From Candidatus Latescibacterota bacterium (GTDB lineage: Bacteria > Latescibacterota > UBA2968): a stretch of DNA of 64,000 bases. The position numbers and the translations under genes were made by a program. The notes beneath the pieces were generated by a model, which saw only the letters and a program-made list of their open reading frames with translations, searched no databases and had not been told where the DNA came from. Below are positions 18,225 through 27,288 of this stretch, one piece after another. The DNA lies in assembly GCA_965208125.1 (NCBI GenBank), contig OZ242320.1, forward strand, positions 544,001-608,000, written 5' to 3'. Position 1 is the stretch's first letter, and each line of letters opens with the position of its first letter.

Positions 18225-18753
18225 TTCTATCCATACCTTTAAAATCGAGATACAAACGACTGGATTGAATACCCGTGTTATTTTGATACTTTCCACTTTT
18301 GTAGGTCTCGAAATCGCCATCCAGCGTATGGTAGTAAATCTGGCAGATTTCCACATTTGGATAGATCCGGATGGGTCGAATACAGAACATTTCCAAAGTC
18401 CAGTAGCCCGCGAAGCCCACATCGCCAAAACCTGCGGTTATGTGTACAAACAGCCCCAATCTGCCCACAGATGACCGCCCCTCAAGCATGGGAACATAAT
18501 TATTCGTTCTGGTAAATTCAACTGTCCTGCCAAGATAGAGCGTTTGGGGTTGCATCTCGTACCCATCATCCGGAATCTGAATAGATCGCGTGCGATTTTT
18601 CTTCTTCATATCGAGAACGCCATCCTCATATATCATGAGTTCATTGGCGAGTGAAAGATTATAGCTATTGGGGTTGAGCCTGGCGGGATCAAACGGTTGA
18701 ATAATAATGTCTTTTCCCATTCGCTCGTGAATCATTTTTCCCGATAAAATCAT
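18214..18753 (-). CDS. dcd: dCTP deaminase (trimeric dUTPase fold)
   Basis: MILS, NPNSYNL.L, EGRSSVGRLG..VH.TAG..D.GF.G..TLE, GKYQ. Confidence 0.9.
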   Translation of the reverse strand: MILSGKMIHERMGKDIIIQPFDPARLNPNSYNLSLANELMIYEDGVLDMKKKNRTRSIQIPDDGYEMQPQTLYLGRTVEFTRTNNYVPMLEGRSSVGRLGLFVHITAGFGDVGFAGYWTLEMFCIRPIRIYPNVEICQIYYHTLDGDFETYKSGKYQNNTGIQSSRLYLDFKGMDRIES

Positions 18754-18767
18754 AACGCGCTCCCCGA

Positions 18768-19250
18768 CTATTCTACTTCAGGTAAATCTCTATACATGAT
18801 ATGCATATAATCTGTAAACCCATGTTTTCTCCAGAATGAATATCCAACGGTATTCATAGAAGCCACTCGCAGTTCAACTCTGTCTATTCTCAGAGATCGA
18901 AACCAATTCAACATCTCTTTTAGCATCAACTCTCCAATTCCTTTTCTCCTGTGTTCAGAAGAAACAGCCAAATCTTGAATAGTGCCACAGATTTGCTTGA
19001 TGAATACGGGAGGATATTTGTCAATCTTTGCTGTTCCGTAGCCCAATACCTTTGTATTCTCAACCGCTATAACCACGAGAGCATCCTCTGCCGAGATCAG
19101 TCTTGCCAGATTCTCACCCATGCTTTCTTCTGCACCCTCAGACAGAGTATATCTGGAATCAAACGGGACATGAAAATCCATGAGTTCTTTCCAGATCTCC
19201 AGTATAGCGGGTATATCAGATTTGTGAGCAGTAACAACTTCCATTTTCAT
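18768..19250 (-). CDS. GNAT family N-acetyltransferase
   Basis: LAV..EHRRKGIG, N..GYSFWRKHGF. Confidence 0.88.
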   Translation of the reverse strand: MKMEVVTAHKSDIPAILEIWKELMDFHVPFDSRYTLSEGAEESMGENLARLISAEDALVVIAVENTKVLGYGTAKIDKYPPVFIKQICGTIQDLAVSSEHRRKGIGELMLKEMLNWFRSLRIDRVELRVASMNTVGYSFWRKHGFTDYMHIMYRDLPEVE

Positions 19251-20076
19251 CCTCTCCAATATACGATGCGTCATTGACCACCTGACTATATACTGCTGTT
19301 TTTGAAACCTCCGAAATTACGAAATCGAGAAAATCTATAGCCTCCTGTCTCGCGTCCAATTCAATACCGTATTTCCACGCCAGAGCTCTGCCTACCAAAT
19401 CACGCCACCTTTCTCCATAATCCTCCCGCACCCATGACGCAGCCATCTTCTTCGAGCCAACAACGGAGCAAATCACAGTATGCAGTATTCGACACAGATT
19501 CAGAATGAAATACGCTTCATGGTGGCTATCCCTAAACCACTCCGGAGTGAATTTTTTCGGTGCCCATTCCTGAAACAAATCTCGAACGCAGGCATTTCGC
19601 ACATCCTCAACATCAACCGGAGACAATAACTTCTTAAAACTCGGACCAAATAGCGCGATGGAATGGCTATAAAGAAAATATTTGTTGATTATCCATTCAT
19701 TCCCATAAGGTGCCTCTTCATAAAGAGTACAATCACCACCCCAGTACCACGGTCGAGGCTCCGTTGGAGGCATAACACATGGGAGCATATCAACAGGCGT
19801 ATAAGAACACTCTAACCGCCGCGCCCATTTCTCGAATTTTTCTTCTATCTCTCTGTGTAAACGTCCAATTGAATCGAGTTCACTTCGAGAAACAGGTCGA
19901 TGCACAATCACTGTAATATCAATATCACTGCTATGGTAGTTAAACGCCCCATGGGACAACGAGCCGGTCAGATATATCCCGAGTACATTTTCTCCGAGAG
20001 CAGGAAAAACGCTTTTAACGAAAAAATCTATAATCTCGTTCACATCGGGATATTTCGTAAGATTGCTTGCAGTCAT
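19216..20076 (-). CDS. Aminoglycoside adenylyltransferase-like nucleotidyltransferase (AadA/DUF4111-type)
   Basis: GIYLTGSL..G.F….SDID NTase motif; YFILNLCR..T…SKK.AA.W. Confidence 0.78.
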   Translation of the reverse strand: MTASNLTKYPDVNEIIDFFVKSVFPALGENVLGIYLTGSLSHGAFNYHSSDIDITVIVHRPVSRSELDSIGRLHREIEEKFEKWARRLECSYTPVDMLPCVMPPTEPRPWYWGGDCTLYEEAPYGNEWIINKYFLYSHSIALFGPSFKKLLSPVDVEDVRNACVRDLFQEWAPKKFTPEWFRDSHHEAYFILNLCRILHTVICSVVGSKKMAASWVREDYGERWRDLVGRALAWKYGIELDARQEAIDFLDFVISEVSKTAVYSQVVNDASYIGEDENGSCYCSQI

Positions 20077-20137
20077 CGTCCTATCGTACGGAGAAATTAC
20101 TTGAATCATTCGGAACAGTTGATTGTTTCCATCTATA

Positions 20138-20683
20138 CTATAACTTGCGCTTCATGAACACCGCAACTTCACCATCGACATCACTATTGGTATAATAGGA
20201 CAGATCGACACCATCGACTTCAAAACCTACGCTGTGATAGAAATCAATGGCTGGCACATTGGTATTTTGAGTCTCACAAACCAAAATTCTCAGCCCTTCA
20301 GCTTTGGCGGCTTCCGCTATCTTCTCCATCAATTGCCTGCCAACACCCTTTCTCCTGTATGACTCGTCAACTCCAAATTCCCTGATCCATAGGCTCCTAT
20401 TCCACTCTATTTCTTCCGAAATTGCGATACCCACAAGTTGTTCAGCATCGTAGGCTCCCAGCGACAGACCACAATTGACAAGTTTGCTGTAGATCCTGAA
20501 ATCCTCTTTTGAGAACGACCAGTGTTTCACATAGGGTTCATCCAATTTTTGACGCTTAAAAATAAAACAGAACTCATCAGCGGTCTCAGTCTTAGACACC
20601 TGGTACCTATCATTTGAAACATACCCATCCATTATATATAGATCCTCGCGCCGTAGCTGCTCCAATTTTCTGATTTCGACCAT
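20138..20683 (-). CDS. Streptothricin-acetyltransferase-like GNAT
   Basis: PYVK, YRRKGVG, ETQNTNVPAIDFY..GF..GVD..YY, terminal E.A.F. Confidence 0.75.
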   Translation of the reverse strand: MVEIRKLEQLRREDLYIMDGYVSNDRYQVSKTETADEFCFIFKRQKLDEPYVKHWSFSKEDFRIYSKLVNCGLSLGAYDAEQLVGIAISEEIEWNRSLWIREFGVDESYRRKGVGRQLMEKIAEAAKAEGLRILVCETQNTNVPAIDFYHSVGFEVDGVDLSYYTNSDVDGEVAVFMKRKL

Positions 20684-20717
20684 GTATCTCTTTCACCGGA
20701 TATTCATAAGTTTATTT

Positions 20718-21536
20718 TTATCTATTCTCTTCCAGCCAACCGACCGCGAAATCCACAACATCTCGTTGTGGCATGATCTGGCAACGCGCGAGACCAACCT
20801 TGCCGTGACGCACCACTTTCCCTGCATCTGACCGCAAAAAATCCTCACCGATGCGATCAAAATCCGAACTATCCAGCTCAACATCTTCAAAGGTAGCCCA
20901 TGTTCTTGAACCCGACTCAGAGATCGGTGCGCCCTCTTGCACAATGCGCCTGGTAGAAAAACTCGCCCGATATTCCGCAAGGTGCATAGACGTATTATTT
21001 CCGTGACCCACACCGAGAAGAAGGACAAAACCGTGCAAATCGTAGATTCTCGCAAGCGGTGAATGCTCGCCCATGCCAAAAGACAGTGAATGATCATCCA
21101 CGACATACGATGCTTGAGGTCCACAGGCACAAAATGAGTCCAGCGGATGTGAACTACGCAGAACCCCTCTCTGCTTGCGGAACGTCTCCGCAATAATACC
21201 CATAGCACGAGTTGGCGTAAGTGCCGGATCGTAAGCCGGCATAGTCTCGCGTATCACCGACCACCACGACCTGGGAACAGGGGGACTCTCCCACTTGCTC
21301 GGCTCACTCAGACCAGATGAGTGCGCGGGCATCACAAGCGTTCCAGTAGATCCCAGAACTTTCTGAAGCGCAATAACAACCGCCACGGCTCCTCCACACA
21401 CCCATCCCATCGCACTCAAAGACGAATGCACCAACACGACCATCCCCGGTCTAACGCCAAGCGCGCGAAGATCTGTCTGCAACGATTCAATCGTAGCGGG
21501 CATTTCTGTTTTTTCAACAACCTTGTCTTCACTCAT
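20718..21536 (-). CDS. AAC(3)/YokD family aminoglycoside N3-acetyltransferase
   Basis: VHSSLSAMGWVCGG, GTLVMPAH, RSSHP..SF, LLLGVGH.NNTSMHLAE. Confidence 0.92.
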   Translation of the reverse strand: MSEDKVVEKTEMPATIESLQTDLRALGVRPGMVVLVHSSLSAMGWVCGGAVAVVIALQKVLGSTGTLVMPAHSSGLSEPSKWESPPVPRSWWSVIRETMPAYDPALTPTRAMGIIAETFRKQRGVLRSSHPLDSFCACGPQASYVVDDHSLSFGMGEHSPLARIYDLHGFVLLLGVGHGNNTSMHLAEYRASFSTRRIVQEGAPISESGSRTWATFEDVELDSSDFDRIGEDFLRSDAGKVVRHGKVGLARCQIMPQRDVVDFAVGWLEENR

Positions 21537-21557
21537 TATTTTTTCCCACTGCACCAC

Positions 21558-21902
21558 CTATTTCGCTGCAATCACGACCATCTCCACAAGTGTATCTCCC
21601 TCCAATTTGACCTCCACACAGGCGCGCTGGGGCCAATTGTCGGCACCAATCCAAGCGTCCCAAACCGCATTGAGGACGGGTTTCTTTGACATATCTGTGA
21701 TATAGATCGTGACGGAAAGAAGACAAGACTTATCGGTTCCAGCCTCGGCGAGATTCGCATCCAACTGTTCGAGCGCCTGTTGAGTCTGACCCTTGAGATC
21801 TGTGGACACATCCGGTGCGGTGACAACTGTATAGACGATGCCATTGTGTTCAACGGACTTACTGCGACCAAATGCCTTTCCCGGATAGCGGTTGATGGCC
21901 AT
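21558..21902 (-). CDS. RidA/YoaB family protein
   Basis: QTQQAL..LD..LAEAGTDK, NAVWDAW…PQRACVE, LVEM.V.A. Confidence 0.9.
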   Translation of the reverse strand: MAINRYPGKAFGRSKSVEHNGIVYTVVTAPDVSTDLKGQTQQALEQLDANLAEAGTDKSCLLSVTIYITDMSKKPVLNAVWDAWIGADNWPQRACVEVKLEGDTLVEMVVIAAK

Positions 21903-21938
21903 AAATGCTCCAATGGATAGCGGTTTTACAACATAAAT

Positions 21939-21979
21939 TTTACTGATCTTGTGACAATTCTATCCACAAGATAGTTTCT
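21939..21979. repeat. 41-bp conserved intergenic module, copy A
   Basis: 32/41 ungapped identity to 11710-11750; + strand ATG follows after a 36-nt gap (22016). Confidence 0.7.
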
Positions 21980-22155
21980 GTGATGCACACGATAAGTTTT
22001 TTGGGAAGGACCAGGATGACTGGCGATAACGGTCTGCGGATTGCCGAACCTGACCGAAAGATAAGAGAAAGGTTGAGTGGGCTGAGTAAGGAAAGGATTG
22101 GGAATGGGTGTATTACATCTCCTTCTGGTGTGTAAGACCAGTCTCTTTCTCGTTT

Positions 22156-22896
22156 TTATTTTCGGCAAATGATAAAGTGTTCCATCCACAAATGCCAGAT
22201 ATAATCTACAGATCGAAAACCCGCCTCTTTTAGCCATTCAACCTGAAAAGAAAAACGAGATATCCGATCTCTCTCAGGACTGTCTTCATCTACCTGCTCA
22301 ATAATCTCACGCACCCGATTCGCCTCTTCAATATCAATCCCAGCTTCTTCGAACCTCTCTCCTCGGCGGAAATTGAGCCGCCTTCGCCCCAACTTATAAA
22401 CCTCGTCGTCAAAGCGCGTGGACATGGCATCGATCAAAAAGAACCAACCACCTGTCTCAAGCACATCGTAAATCTGCCTGAATATGCGGGCCTTATTCTC
22501 ATCTGTAAGATGATGGATAGTCGAAAACGATGCAACAAACTGAAAAGATCCCAAACCTTCTGGCAGCCCCTCATTGAGATCTTTCTGAAGAAACGCTACG
22601 CGATCTGAATGCGTGCCCATCTTCCGAGCCGCAAATCTCATCATCTCATCTGAAAAATCGATAGCCACACACGTTGCTTTTGGATATTTCATCAAAACAC
22701 AATTGAGAAATATACCCGTTCCGCATCCCAAATCGAGCATCCGAAATTCAGTCTGGTCATCAAACGGAATAAAATCCAGAGCCAGACTGTGATAAAATTC
22801 AAACATCTCAATCCGAATCGGCTGCAGGCGATCATAATCCTCAGCACGCGTTGAGAATTGAATACTTTGAGATTTCTGGATCTTTTGATTATCCAT
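22156..22896 (-). CDS. Class I SAM-dependent methyltransferase
   Basis: LDLGCGTG, IDFS..M, IHHL, L..GG. Confidence 0.9.
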   Translation of the reverse strand: MDNQKIQKSQSIQFSTRAEDYDRLQPIRIEMFEFYHSLALDFIPFDDQTEFRMLDLGCGTGIFLNCVLMKYPKATCVAIDFSDEMMRFAARKMGTHSDRVAFLQKDLNEGLPEGLGSFQFVASFSTIHHLTDENKARIFRQIYDVLETGGWFFLIDAMSTRFDDEVYKLGRRRLNFRRGERFEEAGIDIEEANRVREIIEQVDEDSPERDRISRFSFQVEWLKEAGFRSVDYIWHLWMEHFIICRK

Positions 22897-22898
22897 TT

Positions 22899-24050
22899 TT
22901 ATCTCAAACCCCTGGGAGCCAACTCCCCGATAGAACTCTCCAACCCATCCTCCGTATCCTCCTGAACCCGTTTCACAGACTCTGGCAGCGGTGTGTCGAA
23001 TTGGTAGCCCGGATCAATCTCCTGCTTCTGCCAGGTCTCATACATCTCTCGCCACGCGCCCAAAAGCGTGCGCGGCTCTGGCATATCATCGGCGACCTCC
23101 CGGTATAACTTCTTGAGGTTATAGCACGGGACACCGGCATACATGTGATGCTCCAGATGCCAGTTCATCCGCCAATAGAGAAACTCCGCGAGTGGATTGA
23201 GCGTCATCGAACGCACGCATTTGCGAAAATCGGGGTCATTATCGCGCAGACCGCAGTGCTGTGGCAGACCGACAAAATAGACCCCCCAATTCCCGATAAA
23301 CGGAAAAAAGGTGACGAGAAGCGGCAGCATCCATAAATCCGTGGCGATAGAAACCGCCACCACCGATCCGTGAAAGAGAAGCAGCAGACGCGACCACCAC
23401 ACCGACTTGCGTTTCTCATCCGGCTGGTCCGCGTGCAAAGCCTGCAACCATTCGCGACTTGGACTCTCCGTGGAACCGATGATACCAAGCGCCGACTTAA
23501 TCGTCAAAAAAATCGTCGAAATCACCCCACCCTTGCCAAAGGTGCGTCCCGGTTGCGTAAAAATATTCACCGTAAACATCTGTAACAAAAAGGTCGGATC
23601 AACCGATGGTTTGAGCGGCAGCAATACCTCTCGGTCCCCCTCCGGATGCAGCGTATAGCGGTGGTGATAGGTATGGCTGGTGGCATAGTCGAACGGGTCC
23701 CACCAGCTCAAGAGACTAAACAAATACTTGAAAACCTTATTTAGCCACTTTGTGCGAAACACAGTACCGTGACCAAGCTCATGCGGAGCCACGCCCGAAA
23801 AAAAACTCCCGACTGTCCCGTGGGCGAAAAGCGCCACTGCAAATCCGAGCCAGTACTGTTGTGACCAGAACAGATATGTCAAAGCACCCGTACCCAAAAA
23901 TAACGCGAAGTGCCCCCCAGCCTGAAACCATCCCTGCAAATCGCTCCGTTTTGAAAGCGCGCGAAGTTTGGCGTGGTCAATAGGACATCTATACCACTCC
24001 ACCCGAAGACTTTTTCGCACATCAGCAAGTGGTTGATAGTTCGCGTCCAT
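22899..24050 (-). CDS. Fatty acid desaturase family protein
   Basis: His boxes HELGH, HTYHH, HLEHH. Confidence 0.85.
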   Translation of the reverse strand: MDANYQPLADVRKSLRVEWYRCPIDHAKLRALSKRSDLQGWFQAGGHFALFLGTGALTYLFWSQQYWLGFAVALFAHGTVGSFFSGVAPHELGHGTVFRTKWLNKVFKYLFSLLSWWDPFDYATSHTYHHRYTLHPEGDREVLLPLKPSVDPTFLLQMFTVNIFTQPGRTFGKGGVISTIFLTIKSALGIIGSTESPSREWLQALHADQPDEKRKSVWWSRLLLLFHGSVVAVSIATDLWMLPLLVTFFPFIGNWGVYFVGLPQHCGLRDNDPDFRKCVRSMTLNPLAEFLYWRMNWHLEHHMYAGVPCYNLKKLYREVADDMPEPRTLLGAWREMYETWQKQEIDPGYQFDTPLPESVKRVQEDTEDGLESSIGELAPRGLR

Positions 24051-25350
24051 ATCTTTTTCCTTCTTTATTGATAACATCCAGAGCCTCTTTCACCTCACAC
24101 CACGGAACCTCATGGGGCAACCTATCCAACAGAACGGCTCTGGCCGCACAAACCCCAGCAGCCTGTCCCATTGCCACGGCATTTCCAGTCACCCGATAGC
24201 TCGAATGCGCTATAAAATCACCACTAATACAACGCCCTGCCATCAGCAAGCCATCGACATCCCGCGCGATCAGCGCCCTGAGTGGGATATCATAGGGCTG
24301 TGACCGATGCGGCTTGGCCTCCACGATCTTTGTTTTTTTCGGATCAGTCGAATGCACATCAATCCCCATCGTAACCCGACAGACCGCATCCTCGAACCGC
24401 GCACCCCGCAGAAGATCCTCCCCCGTCATCTCATACCGTCCGTGAATCCGCCGTCCCTCCCGAACACCAATCTGCGCGCCCGTTGACACCACGCGCATAT
24501 CCGACCATACACCGCCGTGCGCCCGCAAAGCAGCCACCTGTGTATGAATCTCTCGACGCGCGCGGATCGTCGCCTCTGTAATCGCATTGGCATCGTCGCA
24601 TTTCACGCCGTACTGATGATTCGCCATAAGCGCGAACAAATTATCCCTGATCCGAAATAACGTCGGATGACCATACGAAGGCGAAACACCGATCTCCTCC
24701 ATCAGCGCGAACAGCCGCTGCTTCGGCTCTGCCATAGACCCGCCCACATAGGGTTCGATCCGATCGAACTGCAACCCCGTAATCAACGCCATCAGACTCA
24801 TCGGCTGGACATCGCCTGTCTCCGGATGACCGACATCAAACCCACACCCGCAAAGTGCCCCCAGATCACCGTCACCAGTCGCATCGACAAAAGCCTTCGC
24901 ATGCCATGCTTCTCGACCGCTCTTGGACTCCGTAATCACGACCGAAAGCCTGTTCTCGCTATCCCGCGCTGCGCCAACCACGCGCGTCAACAGCCGAATA
25001 TCAACACCTGCCTCAACACACATCTCGTCGAGAAGCAACTTCATCTCTTCGACATCATACGCGTAGTTCTTTCCTTCAGGCGCGCGAAGCCTGCGCGCAT
25101 CCCGCGCATCGAGCCGAGACGTAATCTCCGCCATAATCCCGGGCTTGTCCGCCGAATCGATAATCCAACTCAACGCACCCGTCGTCCACACACCTCCCAG
25201 GCTACCGTGCAACTCGATCAGCCGCGTCCTGGCACCCTGCCGTGCACACGCAATCGCAGCGGCAATACCAGCCGGACCCCCGCCACAAACGACCACATCC
25301 ACATCTTCCACAATCGGAATGTCTCTTTTTTGTTCTCTATGGGTCAACAC
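24022..25350 (-). CDS. FAD-dependent oxidoreductase (FAD_oxidored family)
   Basis: DVVVCGGGPAG, VDATGDGD, GVREGRRI.G, YDIPLRAL, AGRCIS; GTG start after GGAGG. Confidence 0.88.
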   Translation of the reverse strand: MLTHREQKRDIPIVEDVDVVVCGGGPAGIAAAIACARQGARTRLIELHGSLGGVWTTGALSWIIDSADKPGIMAEITSRLDARDARRLRAPEGKNYAYDVEEMKLLLDEMCVEAGVDIRLLTRVVGAARDSENRLSVVITESKSGREAWHAKAFVDATGDGDLGALCGCGFDVGHPETGDVQPMSLMALITGLQFDRIEPYVGGSMAEPKQRLFALMEEIGVSPSYGHPTLFRIRDNLFALMANHQYGVKCDDANAITEATIRARREIHTQVAALRAHGGVWSDMRVVSTGAQIGVREGRRIHGRYEMTGEDLLRGARFEDAVCRVTMGIDVHSTDPKKTKIVEAKPHRSQPYDIPLRALIARDVDGLLMAGRCISGDFIAHSSYRVTGNAVAMGQAAGVCAARAVLLDRLPHEVPWCEVKEALDVINKEGKRYGRELSTTC

Positions 25351-25363
25351 GCCTACCTCCCGT

Positions 25364-27286
25364 TCAACTACAATACCTCTCCAGCCACGACAACATCCTA
25401 TCGAGATATTCCACGTGCAGTGCTGGATGACCGCTCCTTCTAAACCCGTGTGACGACTTTGGAAAGCGCACAAATTCCACCGTCTTGCCCTGTCGCTTCA
25501 ACGCGACAAAAAACTGCTCGGCCTGCTCGATTGGACAGCGATAGTCCTCCTCCCCGTGCATCAGCAACACCGGCGTCTGAACCTCAGACGCATACGTCAA
25601 CGGCGACCGCTCCACAAGAGCTTCCACATTCTCCAGAACCGAACCCTGCCACTGATTCTCCCCAAACGACACCCCGATATCCGACGTACCGTACATACTG
25701 TGCAAATTGATACACGGAGCACCGACCACTGCCGCCTTGAACCGGTGGTCGTGACCGACAATCCAGCTACTCATAAAACCGCCATAGCTATAGCCGTGAA
25801 CCCCCAACCGATCCGCATCCACATAGGACCGCTCGCACAGCAGATCAACCCCTGCCATCAGATCCAGAAAATCTTCCCCGCCCCAATCCCCCAGCACCGC
25901 CTTCAGAAACTCCGGTCCATAAGACGACGACCCCCTCGGATTCACAGCCAGCACAATATAGCCCGCACCCGCCAGAATTTGATGCGTAACATCGTACGAA
26001 TCCGAGAAACGGCCATTTGGTCCCCCGTGAATATCCAGCACCAGTGGATATGACCTCGCCTCGTCGAAATCCTGGGGAAACAGCACCCGTGCCTCAATCG
26101 TCTCCCCACCTCGCTCGAACACCAACTTCTCCACGCGCGCACCGGGATGCGCCTCCAAAAACCCGGCATTCACAGCCGTCACCGCGCGTTGACGCTTCGC
26201 ACCCACATCCATCACCACCACATCGCCCGGACAAACAGGCGAGGACATCACCATCGCGACATGCCCGCCCGTGCGGTCAACCGACAAACCCGTACAAACC
26301 TGACCACTCCCATCCAGGACTTCAATCTCCAGGGAAGGATCATCGGGATTCACCCGACACAAAAACGACTCACCCGCCCTATCACCAATAAACAATATCC
26401 CATCCCTCGGCGTCCAGCACCGCGGCGCAAGAGGTTGCACAACTGTATAAACATCACCCGCCAGGCACACCGGCGACTCGTCTTCCTCCAGCACAAACAG
26501 CCACGACTGCCTCGAATCCCACACATCCCCATCATGCGATCCCGCAACCACCAGCCGTTTCCCATCCGGCGACCATGCCACGGACTCCGCGCGGCTCAAC
26601 CCCTGCGACCAGCACTGCGACCTCCCACCCATCTTTTCCATCACATGCACCTCTGAACCCCGCATAAAATCGCGCCCCTCGACGCAATCTGTCACAAAAG
26701 CAATGCGGCTCCCATCGGGTGACCAGACCGGCGCCCCCTGGTCCCCTTCCCCATCCGTAATCTGCGTCGCTTCGCCCGTTACGACATCCACCAGAAACAA
26801 CTGCGAAAATGCATCGCCTCGCCAGCCACCCTCGTCATCGCGATACCGCACGCGACGGGCGACCTGCGTCCTCGGCACCTTCTCCTCGCCTTCTTCCACG
26901 CGATCTGGATCCACACGCGACACAACGATAAACTCTGAACCATCGGGCGACCACGCCATATCCTTCGCGCCATCGGGAAGCGCCGTCACCTGCCTCGCAT
27001 CCCCACCATCAACCGGCATTACCCAAACCTGCTTTTTATCATCCTCACCCGAACGCAAAAAAGCCAGAGACTTCCCATCAGCCGAAAGTCTGGGCGCTGT
27101 ATCTCCTTTTCCCACATCGACAGCATTCCCACCTGCAAGCGACTGCATCGCGATCTGCGACTCCCGCTTCATCATCTTCCTGTTGATCTCCTGCCGCACG
27201 AAAACCACAGCCGACCCATCCGCTGCGATCTCCACTGCGGATACTTCGATCAAATCGTACGTATGCTCGGGTTTAATTGGCGACAT
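25364..27286 (-). CDS. S9 family acylaminoacyl peptidase
   Basis: WSPDG repeats, IHGGP, GYSYGG, HGEED.RCP, SHG. Confidence 0.93.
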   Translation of the reverse strand: MSPIKPEHTYDLIEVSAVEIAADGSAVVFVRQEINRKMMKRESQIAMQSLAGGNAVDVGKGDTAPRLSADGKSLAFLRSGEDDKKQVWVMPVDGGDARQVTALPDGAKDMAWSPDGSEFIVVSRVDPDRVEEGEEKVPRTQVARRVRYRDDEGGWRGDAFSQLFLVDVVTGEATQITDGEGDQGAPVWSPDGSRIAFVTDCVEGRDFMRGSEVHVMEKMGGRSQCWSQGLSRAESVAWSPDGKRLVVAGSHDGDVWDSRQSWLFVLEEDESPVCLAGDVYTVVQPLAPRCWTPRDGILFIGDRAGESFLCRVNPDDPSLEIEVLDGSGQVCTGLSVDRTGGHVAMVMSSPVCPGDVVVMDVGAKRQRAVTAVNAGFLEAHPGARVEKLVFERGGETIEARVLFPQDFDEARSYPLVLDIHGGPNGRFSDSYDVTHQILAGAGYIVLAVNPRGSSSYGPEFLKAVLGDWGGEDFLDLMAGVDLLCERSYVDADRLGVHGYSYGGFMSSWIVGHDHRFKAAVVGAPCINLHSMYGTSDIGVSFGENQWQGSVLENVEALVERSPLTYASEVQTPVLLMHGEEDYRCPIEQAEQFFVALKRQGKTVEFVRFPKSSHGFRRSGHPALHVEYLDRMLSWLERYCS

Positions 27287-27288
27287 AT

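Noticed and set aside
21926-21950. dif/Xer site (TTATGTT on the minus strand)
   Set aside because: Only 7 nt of the XerD arm match and there is no XerC arm.
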